A DNA stretch of 63,696 nucleotides, the filler included, from Sphacelaria rigidula (Eukaryota), in assembly GCA_964200075.2 (NCBI GenBank). It is 10 parts of 10 records of this genome, joined end to end, with 100 filler letters (N's around TTAATTAATTAA, not from the genome) between each part and the next. Parts side by side here need not be neighbours in the genome. Positions count along the whole stretch, not along the records: positions 12,761 to 19,040 come from CAXNAA020021040.1; positions 19,141 to 25,420 come from CAXNAA020021041.1; 8 more parts are not named here. The stretch is one strand, 5' to 3'. Every line of letters begins with the position of its first letter. The first letter of the stretch is position 1. Both the position numbers and the translations under genes were made by a program. Positions 12,761 through 25,520 of the stretch are shown here, piece by piece. The notes under the pieces were generated by a model. It did no database searches. It was not told where the DNA came from and saw nothing but the letters and a program-made list of their open reading frames with translations.

Positions 12761-14245
12761 TCAGGGAAAGCACGGCTTTTGAGTTGAACCTCATTTATTT
12801 TTTCAACCTCATTTTCGAAAATCGGCTGTTTGATGATGTAAAAAACTGAACCAAGTCGAATTGCCAGTGACCGAAATAACAAGAGAGGAAAAACCTTCTC
12901 AGAGTAGACTTGTGGCCAACTGGAATGTTTGGAGCACGGGTGGCCACTGGGGTGCCTGTAATCTCGAATTTGGACGTTACAGACCTTGTGCAACGTTTGT
13001 AACGTCCAAATATGAGGTTGCAGGCACCCTAGTGGCCACCCGTGAGGTATTATCCGTGCCACATCGATAAGCCGTGAGTTTCGTAAATGAAATAATAATG
13101 GTTGCAATACAGTTTCAAATGTCTTATGAAAGCTTTTCCGCAAAGAGCCGAATAGACACATCGAAACCCCCTCTGAAAAATCTGGCAATTTTGTTGGGGT
13201 GTAGACGTACCCCATGACAATAACTGGAGATCCCGACCTCTGCAGGTCATTGTGCATGTTGGAGGGGGTACGGATGATTCGGGGCACATCTACCTGCAGC
13301 CGTCTAGGGCTGTTTTGGTTGTACAGGGCATGTTGTGCTCGAAGCCCCCCCCTTGTGCCCCACGATGACCCAATGCTGACTGACGACAGCACACAAAGGC
13401 CTCTAGTGTAGGATAGAGAGAGAGAGAGATATACGAAGTCAGCGTCTCTCTCTCTTAGTTTGGCACCGCCGCCAATCTCAATCGCCGTTGGAACAAAATC
13501 ATATCTCCCTTTTCTGTTCTCAAGTTTTCAACAAAAAAAAACATATTTCTTCGAGCTACCTGCCTGAGATTGATCGCCGGCCATATTCCACAAATCTATT
13601 TCGGACCCGTTGCGAAGACGACAACGCGTTCCTAATCTCCCGAACATGTTGTTATTTGCGTTAATGGGCTTGCGTAGCACTGTGCTCTACGGAGATTACG
13701 GCGTCTACGTCTCATGGGCTGCTGTAGATTGACTGAAGTTGGGATCGGCGTTTTGCAGTCTCCACGCGACACGAGAGTGCTTACAAAACGAGCGAAGATT
13801 TCATCATGGGTGTACGCTTATTCACGGCTCGCATTTCAAAACCTCACACCGCGGCTTACATGTTAAAACTCGCCGTCATGTCTGAGACATGACTGCTCAT
13901 TGTGTTCACTTGTTGTGTGCGCTGGTGCTCCCGGGACACCATCATTCACATGTTGAACCACATAGCTCAAATGTCAATGTTTACGTGCACCACGAAGACG
14001 TGAACTTGGGTCAAGGAGAGCATCCAGCAATAACTACTCTCTGCACGAGATGAGCGAGATTCTCAGTATTTTTGTTTCTGGGGTCTCGGCCGGGAAAAAA
14101 ATGATACCATTTGCGCTTTCTCAGAAGACTGCTCTTTCAGTACCAGCTACAACCGCTGCGTGTATTAGTAGAACCATCATCTATCACCCCTTCCCCTTCC
14201 AGGAAATAAAACGCACTACTGTTGTATTATGGAAGAAATGCACAC

Positions 14246-14422
14246 CGACAACGCCTCAGCGTTGAAGAACTCTCGATTTTTCGAGTCGCCCCCGCCCTGC
14301 CCCGCCGCTGAAGTGCCACTACCATCGTTTCCCCCATCCCGCCAACTATTTGGTCTTTTTCCAGACGTCAGCGCCCGCCCTCTTCTTCTCCATGGTACCC
14401 CGCAGGTCGCCCGAGCGTCACC
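14246..14422 (-). CDS. Putative exon of an unknown protein
   Basis: Pyrimidine-rich acceptor ctcttcctcatttcaacag| and donor |gtgtgc; 59 open codons, phase 0/0 (GDARATCGVPWRRRG...FFNAEALS). Same strand and phase as the 18257-18709 exon. Confidence 0.4.
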
Positions 14423-14939
14423 CTGTTGAAATGAGGAAGAGTTAACGATATTGTCGAGAGATGCAACGGTAGCGCGGGTCATAGCTTTTCCCGGTTTCAT
14501 ATCGTTGAACGGCACGAATGGGGTCAGGTCTAAGTAGCGCTACGGTTAGGCTTAGGGGCAACATTTGATAGCCCTTCTTCTCCGCCGTACTTTGGAGTCG
14601 ATCCACCCCTCTCCCGGTGCGTGCCTGACATTTTGGGAGTGTGGATTGGATCAGCACTCTCCTACCGTGTAGATGCTGTAGATGCTCGTCAAATATACTT
14701 CGCTACTCAAGACCTAGAGGGTTCAACAGCGGAGATCAGGTTCTTTCCTTGATGCATACGTACTTGAAATAGAGGTCGCGGGGGTAGAAAAGTCATCTCC
14801 CGGAGAGGGGATGAGCATGCGGAAAACGCACGCATAAGATGACTGTCCGCACGAACACCTGTTGTCGAACCGCATACTGTACACGATCTTATCGCGGGAG
14901 AGAAAGGAACGGTCGATATGTTACACTTGTTGTATGACG

Positions 14940-15196
14940 GAGTGATGCTACGGTAGGGGTGCACAAATGTTTTCTGGGGTTGGAATTGTTAGGAGCCCTT
15001 TATCTCATCCAAGACAGGACGTATGAAAATATGTGAGAGTACGCCAGGGTTACTATTCCAATGTGCTACGGATATCCCGAATGAATTTGCAAACGGGGAT
15101 GCCCTGGCCCATATTCTTGTGCACCGAGGATCCTTCGGAGCCCCTGAACCAGACAAGGTTTTGCGCAAAAAGTGCACCCCTACCTTAGCATTGCTC
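14940..15196. mobile_element. MITE with GAG...CTC termini
   Basis: TIRs GAGTGATGCTACGGTAGGGGTGCAC / GTGCACCCCTACCTTAGCATTGCTC. Homologous to 58874-59137. Confidence 0.82.
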
Positions 15197-17859
15197 GATA
15201 ATACATGCACGGTATAGAAGGGTACATGTGTGTTACATTGTTGATTGCTTGATTGTTTGCTTGTCGTAAACGAATCGATCCCCAAGGTACCCATCCGTGA
15301 TCAAAAAATGGACGTACCCAAGGTAAAACTAACTGATGCTAAGCGAGAGCAGAAACGGGGTTGTCAAGACGATGAGCTATTGTTGGCTGTACACCGAGAA
15401 GAGGTCCAGGGCCGAAGCTCCTAAGCGTGGAGCGGCACGTGCCCTGCGTCCACTTGACAGGGACTTTGAATGGGCTCGACCCCCACACTGCCTTAAGCAA
15501 AGCTTTCCGAACGCAAGAGGGGACTACCCCACATGACTGCATAGGGCGGTCTAGCCGAGCCTCCGGGTAATCGGCACACGAACCCGCTCGCGGGGGTAAG
15601 TGTTGGGTGAGGTTTCCTCCTTCCTTCTTCAAGGAAAATAGAGTACCAAGAAGAGGTACCCTTGAAGAAAAAAAAGTTATTTGTTTACTTTTGTGAAAGT
15701 AGAGAGTTTTGGACGGAAACATATTCACTTTGTCGGCGTAAATTCTGCCAGTGTAACGTTTGTCGGCGTGACTTTCGTCAGGGTAACTTGTGTCAGCAGC
15801 GTAGTAACTTCTATCGCCATATCTCTCATAAAAATGACATTTTCGAGAATCTGCGATTGTTCTCTCAATTTGAGAACTTGCATTTTCTTCTGTCAGTACT
15901 TGCGTTTTGCGCGACAATGTCTCGTATGGTGATGGAAGAGAGTCTTCGGACCAGTTAATTTCATAACATGTGTGCTGATAAAAGTTACGCCAATACCACG
16001 GATCAATCCAGAAAAATGATCCGATCCTAATGCAGCATTCCGTCTTCCTTCAATTTCTTGAATTAACGATTCGTCGTGTTCCAGTTTTGAGCATCAGAGG
16101 ACGACAGGCCCTCGCGATCACTTCCGCCAGACCTTCTTTCTGGTCTCGACATTGGGCGCTAGCATCAGCCATCAATATAAGATACAACGACTCTGCAATC
16201 CTGGTACTTGTCAGCGAGGCTAGCTTATCACAGCTTTAGCGAGCTTCTCTGGTCAAGGGTCTATCAGCAGGAGAGAAAATACACATCAATGCACCTCCCG
16301 ACAGCCCGAGGTCCACGAGCAATTCGCGTAGAAGCAGCCATCTGTACATCCAGACAGCTGCTGCGACCAAGAAGCCTTACTAGTACTCAGTAAAGAGCCT
16401 ATACAGCGTCATCTCTTTCAGATCCGTTTCACCGACAAAAAACGAAAACGCGTTTCGACCTCTGCAGTATCTACAACAGTAGCTCCGCTTCGCTATCGGA
16501 TTTTATCCCTACCTTGTTGATTGCCAATCAGCGCGCGCGCGCCGAACAAAACAATGAAAACTTATGTCAAAACGTACGCTCTATCTTTCTGGCAGCTGCG
16601 TACACTTTCCTCTGCGAATCTTTGGATAGGGGGGAGTGAGAGGGTTGGTGGCCTTTATTCCGAGGGTCGGAGAAATCATCGCCGGTTTGAACAAACAATA
16701 AGATTATCATGCATCATTGCTCGCAAGGTAGAAAACAGTTGACCGCGGATCAGAAAAGTCTCTGCGGAAATGTTGCGCTGTTCCATCGGTCTGGGGTGAT
16801 CGTACCTGGGGGTGCAATGGTGAAAACAAATCCCAAGGATTGATTCGTAGGGGTATGCGTCAACTACACTAACCCCAGGTCATTTTCAGACGAATGTAAA
16901 GGGGTTAAGCCTGATGTAAGGTAGACACGCCTTACTAGCAAGGCAGGAGAGCCAGACCAGAGGCCTAACACACCAGCTGAGGGGCAAAGAACAGTTCTAC
17001 AGCGTACGACACTGATGTTCTGTGTCCTAGGTCTCAAACCAGTTTCACGCGCAGGTAATGATAGTATCACTTCTTGATTGCCTAATGCCTTCATCTCCTA
17101 AGTACTTCTCAGTGCTCAATCTCTCTCGCTCAATCAGTCAGTCTCACCGGAGATGTGAGAGTTTCCTTGTGGGGATGAAGCGGTCTGATCACCAAGGGCG
17201 ATCTCACGACGATCATCCCTCGCTATATACGAGTTCATACTCGTATCTGACGAACTCTGAACAGACCTGCAATCTTGGAATAACCCCTGAAATATCATAT
17301 CATCTAGCTAGACCTGTCAACGGGTCTGAGGCGGCATGATAGAGGCTAATATGCTTCCTCATGACACGAATCATTATTCGTCCGATCGTTGCTTTTTTCT
17401 AACGTTCAGTAGCATTTGGGATTCTGAACAGTGGGAAGGAACGTTTGGTAGGGAATGAACACAGGTCGAAATCATTCCGAACAAACATGGAATATTTCAA
17501 GTTGAGCATGAATTTTGTCTTGAGGATGAGCGAGGCTACACATCACGGCCAAAGAGTACATTTTTGCACTTTTTTTCGAAAGTGTTTCGATACTTCTGAA
17601 GGCTCCCAAGGCTGATCCGCAAGAAGAAAATTCATGCGTAATTTGCAAAATCCCGTGTTGCTGTACTGTTTACATGCTCTTATATTTCCTTTCTTTCCCC
17701 TTTTCTTCTGTTTTCTTCGTCTTTCAATTTTGTTCACTGGACTCCCGTCTGTATTATCTGCATTCGACTGATGCCGCGATAGCCCCCTGGCAGAAACGTG
17801 GCTTGTTCGAGGAGACAAAGGCTATACATGTACATATACATGTAAATCAATATGACTGA

Positions 17860-17995
17860 CATCCCGAGCAGCCGGGAACCCCCACGCTTGGGATCGTCTT
17901 CGCCAATGTCGTCCATATGAAGCGCTTCATGCAGCCTGAAACCAGCTGTGTTCAGAAAGTTTGGGGGCTGGTTTTTTCGGGGGGGGCTATCGCAG
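17860..17995 (-). mobile_element. GAC-terminus MITE family, partial reverse copy
   Basis: Reverse complement matches the internal ..ACGAACCCAAGCGTGGG..CGGCTGCTCG core and the G-run-CTATCG end. Confidence 0.6.
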
Positions 17996-18256
17996 CATCA
18001 CAACTACTTCATTTTTTTTCATTTCTTGGGTTACCTTAAGCGAGTGCTTTCAGTTTTGCTCACCTGGAGTATATGCCTATTTTGTGAAAACAACTAGATT
18101 CCTCGGGACTCAGTTATCAATGTGCAACAGGCAGTCAAGTAATCAAGTAGAAACTCGATCAATTCATGCTAACCCTCAGCCAGGTATGCGGTGCGGGGGG
18201 CTTGGGCTGCACAGCTGTGCCACATTCCCAACAACTCTCGTGGTTGCGTGTCTCAC

Positions 18257-18470
18257 CCGCTTTCCGTGGCCTCTGCTCCTGTGTGGAGGCTCCTTCGCGT
18301 TCTCGCCGCGAAGCCTTGCCTTTTGTGTCCAGTTTGTGCTGGAATCTGGTCTTTCATTATCACCCCCACCATTACCACCATCAGCAGCAGCAGCCTTGCT
18401 GTTGGTGGCGGCAGTCATAGACGCTGTTTTCGTTACTGCAGCACTCGTGGAGGGTGTTGTTGCAGCGACT

Positions 18471-18503
<33 letters not shown>

Positions 18504-18709
18504 CCACCACCTGATGATGATGACGATGGCGGCAATGATAGTGGTGGTTTCGTGCTCGAAGACGAAATCTTTTTCTTGACTGGTGCATTTACTGGGACGG
18601 TCGCAGAGAATGAGCAGCCCAATAAGCTTCCTTTTCGGTGTGATTTGAGGACGAGGGCGCGGCGGTACCCCTCCGCCAGCGACAGGTTGGACAGGGCCAC
18701 GCGTTGCAC
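18257..18709 (-). CDS. Putative large low-complexity exon (Ser/Gly/Ala-rich) of an unknown protein
   Basis: aag| 453 bp |gtgaga, phase 0/0, 151 open codons (VQRVALSNLSLAEGYRRALVLKSHRKG...poly-S/G/A...GHGKR). Poly-Ala is encoded by a GCT repeat. Confidence 0.55.
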
Positions 18710-19040
18710 CTTCATAATAAGGAGTTTATGAAGGCTTTTAAGGTTGACGTTTTTTGTGAAAAACAATTCTTTCATCAACACGCTGTGCACGAGTATATCC
18801 ATATGCGATCTCGCCGTCATGCACCCCGATGTAAGACCCACTTTTATGGCAACGAATCCCGATTTTTACAAATATGAGGATTTCAGCCCATCTATAGGCG
18901 ATTTTCTCCCGTGGATTGATTTTTCGGATCCCAGTCCGGTGGACAATGTTTTTCGGCTAGCTGTGAGCAAATCAGATCAATTCCCCGATTATATGGACGT
19001 TGGATTTTGGTTGGTCACATTTGTGCCCAAATCGGGACAA

Positions 19041-19140
19041 NNNNNNNNNNNNNNNNNNNNNNNNNNNNNNNNNNNNNNNNNNNNTTAATTAATTAANNNN
19101 NNNNNNNNNNNNNNNNNNNNNNNNNNNNNNNNNNNNNNNN
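19041..19140. other. Artificial contig linker
   Basis: N44-TTAATTAATTAA-N44. Confidence 0.97.
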
Positions 19141-19668
19141 GATCAAAGCCACTCTCAATCGTATCTTCTACTACTCTCAATCTCACGAAAACACTGTTTC
19201 ACATCGCTTTCTCCGCACTTTCAACTATGGTGCTCATTGACTATATTTCTCAGCCGTATTTTTTTCTGTTTTTTCTTGGGAGGGGGGGTGCTATCAGGAA
19301 AGATGGCGCCTGCGGTCACCCGCATCGGGTCGCAAAGGCGGCAAAATGCGCTGAAAAGATCGCACCGCAGTCGAGGGGCATTCGGCTGGCATAAAGATTA
19401 TTGGGCACCATCGCCGAAAGTGTGGAGACAGTACACGTTTGGGTTTGAATGTGATGTGCCCCTGAACTCTCATGTCACAGGATGTGTTTGTCAGCGGGCG
19501 ACCCCTCCCACCCCCCTGCCACGTTGTTTGTGCGTTCTATGTGGGCCACCGGAGTAAATTGATGTCGGTACTCGCAGGAGGTGCCGACGCACTCTCTTAT
19601 TCGCTGCCGGGCGGGACCCGCTCCTGTAGAATATCATCAATCCTGACTGCAGCCCTTCGCAGACAAAA

Positions 19669-22167
19669 GTGCCGACGCTATATACCCGCTTGCCGCCCTG
19701 TTGTTCAGGTGCGCGCCATGCCAACAAGTCACAGGGCCCGAAGAACTTCGTGTCCACCACATGCCCAGATGCGATAAGAGAGGAGGGATTCTATTCGACG
19801 GAAGGACATGCCATCGATCTTACTTGCAAGATCCATAAGAGTCCACCACCCGCCGTTCTTGCCGGAGGCGACGCGGCTGTGGTCGAGAATCACCGCGTGA
19901 ACATCATGGCGAAGTGCGCAGGCAGGACGAGGCTCGTGGTCGTTTGTTATGACCGGGCTGACCTCGTGCCGCCGATCAAGGCACACGAGCAAGCAGGGCG
20001 GCAAGCGAAGAGGACCAAGTGCGACCGGGTTTTCGAGTTGAGCCGAACTGATCGACTACCTGGCGGTTCGGAATATCAGGCATTCTTGCGTGTACCCGGG
20101 AACCGAGACGCTATGGCTCGGGCGATTTGTGAGCGCACTCTCGGTCATGCGGAACTACAGCGCCAAACAGGAAAGGACGTGGTACTTTACGGCGTCGATG
20201 TCGTCATGGACCGGTCAGCCGCTCCAATTGTGGACAGCCGAGATCGGCAGCCGGCGGAGCCGGCGGTGACGGAGCCGCACGCAACTTCAGCATCGGGACA
20301 TGGGGGGTGAGAACATTACTCCGCCGGCGACTGGACGTGGTCAGATAGGGTTAACACAGCGACCGCCTCTCGCGAATGCTGGCATGTACATCGCCAGCCG
20401 GGGCGCGGCGCCACCGGGTGCCGTCTCACACGGCGCAACCGCGGCGCCGCCGGTAGCACCGACTGCGCCAGTGGCGTGGACAGCACCATATCTGCACCAC
20501 CGCCCGGCACTGGCGCCGGTGTCGGTGAATCAGCCCCCGCCGTCTGTGTGGCACGGAAGCAAGGTACAGACGGTGGGTTTGGAGGCGAGCGCTGCACCCG
20601 GCGGCGTGGTGTTCTCACCACCGCCACCAGCTTTGCTGGGTCAACCGCCACTCGGCGTCTGTGGGGGCTTGCTGCAGACTGACAACGTCGCTGCGGGAGC
20701 AGCGATGATTTCCCCCGCTCTTCCGCTTCAACATGCCAGTACTGCGTCGAGGCACCGCAGATAAGCGGGTGGCGCGCTCAACGCCGCGGGCGGCGGTGGA
20801 GAAGATGATACCGCTGTGGCAGCAGGGACCGCCGGTGCCCAAAGCGGGGCGTCTACAAGCCTGCTTCATTAGCGTCCCGGTGCTGGTGATCCGGGGGCTA
20901 TCCATCATGTACTCGGACCGCAGATCGGGGAGGGGGAGCTCGCTGCAGTGCACTTCATGATCAATCACGCCTTATACGCCCATCCTGACGGCATGGCAAT
21001 GAGGACGTGGACGCTTAGTTGTGTCGACACGGATGAAATCATGATCGTGTTGCCGGCTATGGCGACGAAGAAAATAACTGCCGCGGGCCCGGACCGCACT
21101 GAGGTAACCGTACGGCGCCGTTTGTCGAACGGTCCCGGATGCATGAACGTAAACCGCGTGTACGAAGCGACCACTGGACTCCAAGACGGCCCTTGCGGTG
21201 CGTGGGAAGGGACCGCGGCCTGGGTGAGGACTCCGTCCACACGAGGGTTACCCTCTTCGTGCTGGTGTACTTGCTGAGCGGCTGTGATTTTCTACCTTGT
21301 TTCCACGAGCTACCTTTCCTCTCTATGTGGAAGGCGCTCCTGAAAGCCCTGCGCGTACCGGGTCTTCTCTCGAGGCCCCTGGTGACGTTTGAGGGCCGGG
21401 TGGTGTATGTAGACGACGAGGAAGTGGTGAAGTCTCTGGGGGTCGCTTCCTTTTTTATAAGAAGGAATCGGCGTTCTCCACGGCCGGCACCAGCGTGGAG
21501 TACATCCTCCGCGAACTGGCGGGGGGGAAAGTGACGCTGTACGTGAATTGGATGAGATTTTTGAGGTGAAAGTTGGGCGGCAGGAGGCCAACAGACCTCG
21601 TGCCGCCCGCGGATGCGCTTCGCTTCCAACCGCAACGAGCTGAAGCCGTATTGGAATATCGGATGGCGAGCATGGAGAAAAACCATGGCGGACGTGAAGT
21701 TTAACAATCGCGGTTGGAGTACCACGTCTGAAGACGCACAGACGCCCGTGACGGAGGCCAATGTTGTCGTCAACGTGTCGGAACACGCGCGTATCGACCC
21801 CACCGGGAGGATCAATCGTCTTCTGTGCGGGTGTAACCCATCGGCGGCGGAGAAACACCAGTGCAACGGCAACTGCAAATGCGCGAAGCTTGGGAAGAAT
21901 TGCCATTCCATACTGTGTGGGTGAATTGCCATCCCATACTGCGATCCTGCTGTCAACGCGCAAAGCTTACCGGTTGGCAAAGGGTTGCAGTTGGTGATGG
22001 CGAATGAGGTGGATCCCGGGGGTGATAGCAGCGACAAAGCAGAGACGAGCTCGGATGACGACTGCGAGTGCCGTAGCAGCACATCATCGGAGGAATCATG
22101 TGGTTCGCATGGAGACATGGCCGAGGACATACTGGAATGGTACTTAGACCGGATGAACGATGTGTGA
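19669..22167 (+). mobile_element. Degenerate AcademX-like DNA transposon ORF: XPG/XRN-type PIN nuclease plus Cys cluster (frameshifted)
   Basis: Ordered motifs across frames: RHANKSQ; GHAIDL; VVVCYDR..PPIKAHEQAGRQAKR; YQAFLRVPGNR; IGEGE (GEGE 20927-20938); VDTDEIMIVL (DTD 21026-21034); LLSGCDFLP (GCDFLP 21280-21297); LVPPADALRFQPQRA; RGW; CGC..C..CKCAKLGKNC..LC; acidic tail. Confidence 0.7.
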
Positions 22168-25052
22168 GAGAGTGGTCAACGCACAGGTATGATACGAAGA
22201 CCTTCGGCGAAGGACGTTCGCGTCGATAGTCATGCGCCCCGGTCCCCCATCGTTTATTGTGATGCGCAGGCCCGTGCATCGCCCGCAGTCCCGGAGATTT
22301 CTTCCTCTGTTTGATATTATGTTGGATGGATGGGGCTGCGGTGAGTTGCAGTGATTGAGTGTTGCAATCTGTCATATGTTGCAATCTGTGAGTTTGTAAC
22401 ATGAGGGGAGCACAATGTGGCTGCCGTAGATGGTATTGGAATGTGGCTGTCGATGAGTGAGTAATGGAAAAGCATACCTCGTGGGAGTTACGCGAGCATG
22501 TAACCGCCGATTGAGATCGATCAGTCATGCTGCGCGGCGACGCCGCCCCTTTTCCGGTGCTATCGTGAGGAACGCCCCCCCCTCCCTCTCCATCGGGCTG
22601 AAAAGGAACACGACTGTGGCTCGCCGACCCTCTCTGCGTCTATTCATTCGCGTGCGCGCTACATTTCGCCTCAGGTGCACGAAAAGCGGCGAAACCAGAC
22701 TCTGAGACTACCACGGGTTGTATCGCGGGTGGACGGAGACCATGTACACTGCAGGATGTACTATGGTCTCATGAAAGGACCGGTTGTCGTTCACATTATG
22801 CGCTCGACATTTCATATGTGCCCGCCGCGGCGGCGGTGGAGGCGTCAACGGTCGCGATGTCGTATCGGCTTTTTTTGCCATAGAAAGTAGTACGATTTGT
22901 TGCGTATCGACCTACGCCGGCGCATCGTGCGTTTTGATGTGGGCGCTCGGCATTTGATCGAACGGTTTTGCGGCCTGAACTTCCCGCCGCAGCGAGGGAT
23001 ACAGTGTCCATACCATGACGGTATTGAGTGTTGAGGGCAAGTGTTCGTTCTGCGGAGATGGTGCGTTTTGAAATGGATACGGTCACTTGTGCGGGCTCCT
23101 CCTATATGTTACTCCCTCGAAATAGCAAAAAATTGGCGCTAGATTGCGAGAGTCGTGCATTCTCCTTCACCAACAAGATGTATCGTTCACGTGACCATCA
23201 ACGGTGTCATATCATGAGATTTTATGGGCTTCATTTCATCTTCGGTGTGATTTTCTGCGAGGTATGCGGTCAAGACCCCGCCCACGAGGGGGCTGGTATC
23301 ACTTGGGAAATTTAACGCCATTATTGTTTTTCGCGGCGTTGGTCTATGCCTGTGTTTTGTTATTGCGGAACTGCAATATCCGAGAAATGTTATATTTTGT
23401 TCTTCACAAAATGCGCCGAAAGTGCTACCGTCCAGTCTTGCCACCAACGCCATTTATTATGCGTGAAATATTTGTGTGATTGGCTGTTGGCATTTCGCTG
23501 TAGATTTTCAGCCGACGGCAGGGTTGGGCGGATGTTGGCACCTCGGAATAAAGAGCTTCATTCGTCGACACCATTGCGAAGGACCTTGATAACCCCCACA
23601 ACACTTTGTTTGTGGCCGAACCCGCACTCTCCATAACAGGGGCGGTCGCGTAACAAGAAAAATGCAGACCCGAGCACGTTCGCGTTTCGTGGACGCGACA
23701 CTTTCGTTGGCGGCCGAAGTTGCAATTGCAATAACAAACGATACAGTTGTTGACCACAAATTCGTTTTTATTTGTTGGGAGCAAACTCGATGTTTTGTAA
23801 TGAAAACAACTTCGTATTTTTCTTGTGCTTCATGCATTTTATTCACTTGGCCGCTCGTTGCTGACATGCATTTTATTCAGTCGGCCGCTTGTGGCTTAGA
23901 GTACAATTCCGGGCGCGAGTAGAGCTGTGACATAACCCTGGAATAGAAAATCGCTGCGGAACGGGATCAGCAAAGATATACGATCGTTCCGACGTGTCAA
24001 CCTCTGTCGAAACCTCACCTGCGAGATAATTACTCATGGGAGGGCAAACAGGCGATTTCCATCGAGACACATTCTTACACGCGATTAGTGTCCAAACAGA
24101 TATATTTACCGTGGTACAACAAAGACACACGAAAAGAAGGCGTTCGTTGAACCTGACCTTTGTCACGGCATCGACAGAATATTTGGCGTGGAGACACACC
24201 TTCAGTGGGGTGCGGTATCGCATCTGCGCGATACCTCAGCCCACAGTGCTTCTCGCTGTACACCATCAGGACGAGAAACAACCGGAGTGTCTCCCATCGC
24301 ACCCTGCACCTGACGCGTTTGCGAACCCCGCAGTTGTTGCCATCAAACTGGCAGGGTGGTTGAAGGGGTGGAAATAGGACGGCGGTATCTCACTGAGTCT
24401 GTGATATGCGGCGTATTTACACCTCATGTATCTTTTTGAGTGTTCAGTACCGAATCTTCCACTTTTCAAGCGTTACTTTGTTCGTGGATTCCTCCACGGT
24501 GTGCTCACCAACCGGCTTCAAACTTCGCACGTAGGTACAGCACAACACAGACAGCATATAGGCTGTTCGGCGGCACGTGATGGGTAGTGCACACGGTGGA
24601 CAGAGCAAACACGAATTGTGGGTCATGCCGTCCAAACACCCTCAAAACGGCGTCTCTGCAGCCCAGACTGCACGACACATCGCTGGATGCATGTTCTGAC
24701 ACGCGGGTGCGTTCACTTCCACATTATCACCTACCAGCCAGCTTCTGCGCCGTGAAACAAACATCGATCTGTGCTGGCACCCGTTGCGGATGATGACATT
24801 CTGTGCGGTACAAATTATGGTATTGTCTGTAGAGGTCTTCGATTTAGGAGGCACGGTAGTACACGCGCTGCCAGCACTTTCTGGCGCTGAAAATTCTTCG
24901 GCATGTCGTGTAGACTATAGGCAACAACCTCATGTTGCTTAATCTAGGGTAGCATTGTGGGTGCGTGCATATCGGGGCGAAAAGATGTCGGATTCTGTTC
25001 CGAATCAAGATGTTTTTTTTCTTTCGGCGCAACACTGGGTTTCTTCGTATGT

Positions 25053-25158
25053 TTAACCCTTGGACCGCGAGATTAGTCTTTCTGGATCATGCATACTTTT
25101 GTTCACTTGAAATTGGTGCCGATTCAACAGAAGACTAACCTCGCGGACTAAGGGTTAA
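25053..25158. mobile_element. Very small piggyBac-type MITE (TTAA TSD)
   Basis: TTAA|CCCTTGGACCGCGAGATTAGTCTT ... AAGACTAACCTCGCGGACTAAGGG|TTAA; 98 bp between TSDs. Confidence 0.78.
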
Positions 25159-25420
25159 GTGGACCCGAAGCGGCCACCTTCCCTCAGGTTTTCAGAACCA
25201 TTTCAATTTTATGGATGCAGATAAAATACATCAAACTATCGCTTTCACGGATGTTGCGACTTCGGTGTTGTTATCGTGACGGCCTCTGAGCAGCCGGGAG
25301 GACGCGCGGTAGAGGAAGGAAAGATCGCAATGATCCGGTTTGCCTGCCGTACCGCCGACGAGTCATCTTACGATAGGGGGGGCGTACTCATTTGTTGCTT
25401 GCCTTAGTCATTTGACCATT

Positions 25421-25520
25421 NNNNNNNNNNNNNNNNNNNNNNNNNNNNNNNNNNNNNNNNNNNNTTAATTAATTAANNNNNNNNNNNNNNNNNNNNNNNN
25501 NNNNNNNNNNNNNNNNNNNN
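25421..25520. other. Artificial contig linker
   Basis: N44-TTAATTAATTAA-N44. Confidence 0.97.

Noticed and set aside
13246..13368. VIVHVGGGTDDSGHIY resembling a USP His box
   Set aside because: It reads GHIY rather than GHY, the frame stops after ~40 codons, no other USP exon was found, and the other candidate exons on this contig are on the opposite strand.
12709..13392. 227-aa ORF and other ORFs containing X runs
   Set aside because: They run into linker Ns and show no recognisable domain.
17961..18731. 256-aa plus-strand ORF
   Set aside because: It starts inside a MITE end and is the antisense of the splice-bounded minus-strand exon.
21057..22130. Longest ORF in the track (357 aa, minus strand)
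   Set aside because: Antisense shadow of the GC-rich plus-strand nuclease pseudogene; no motifs.
24320..24360. PCQFDGNNCGV resembling the Ulp1/C48 protease motif
   Set aside because: It straddles a probable splice acceptor, has stops just upstream and has no upstream His/Asp motifs.
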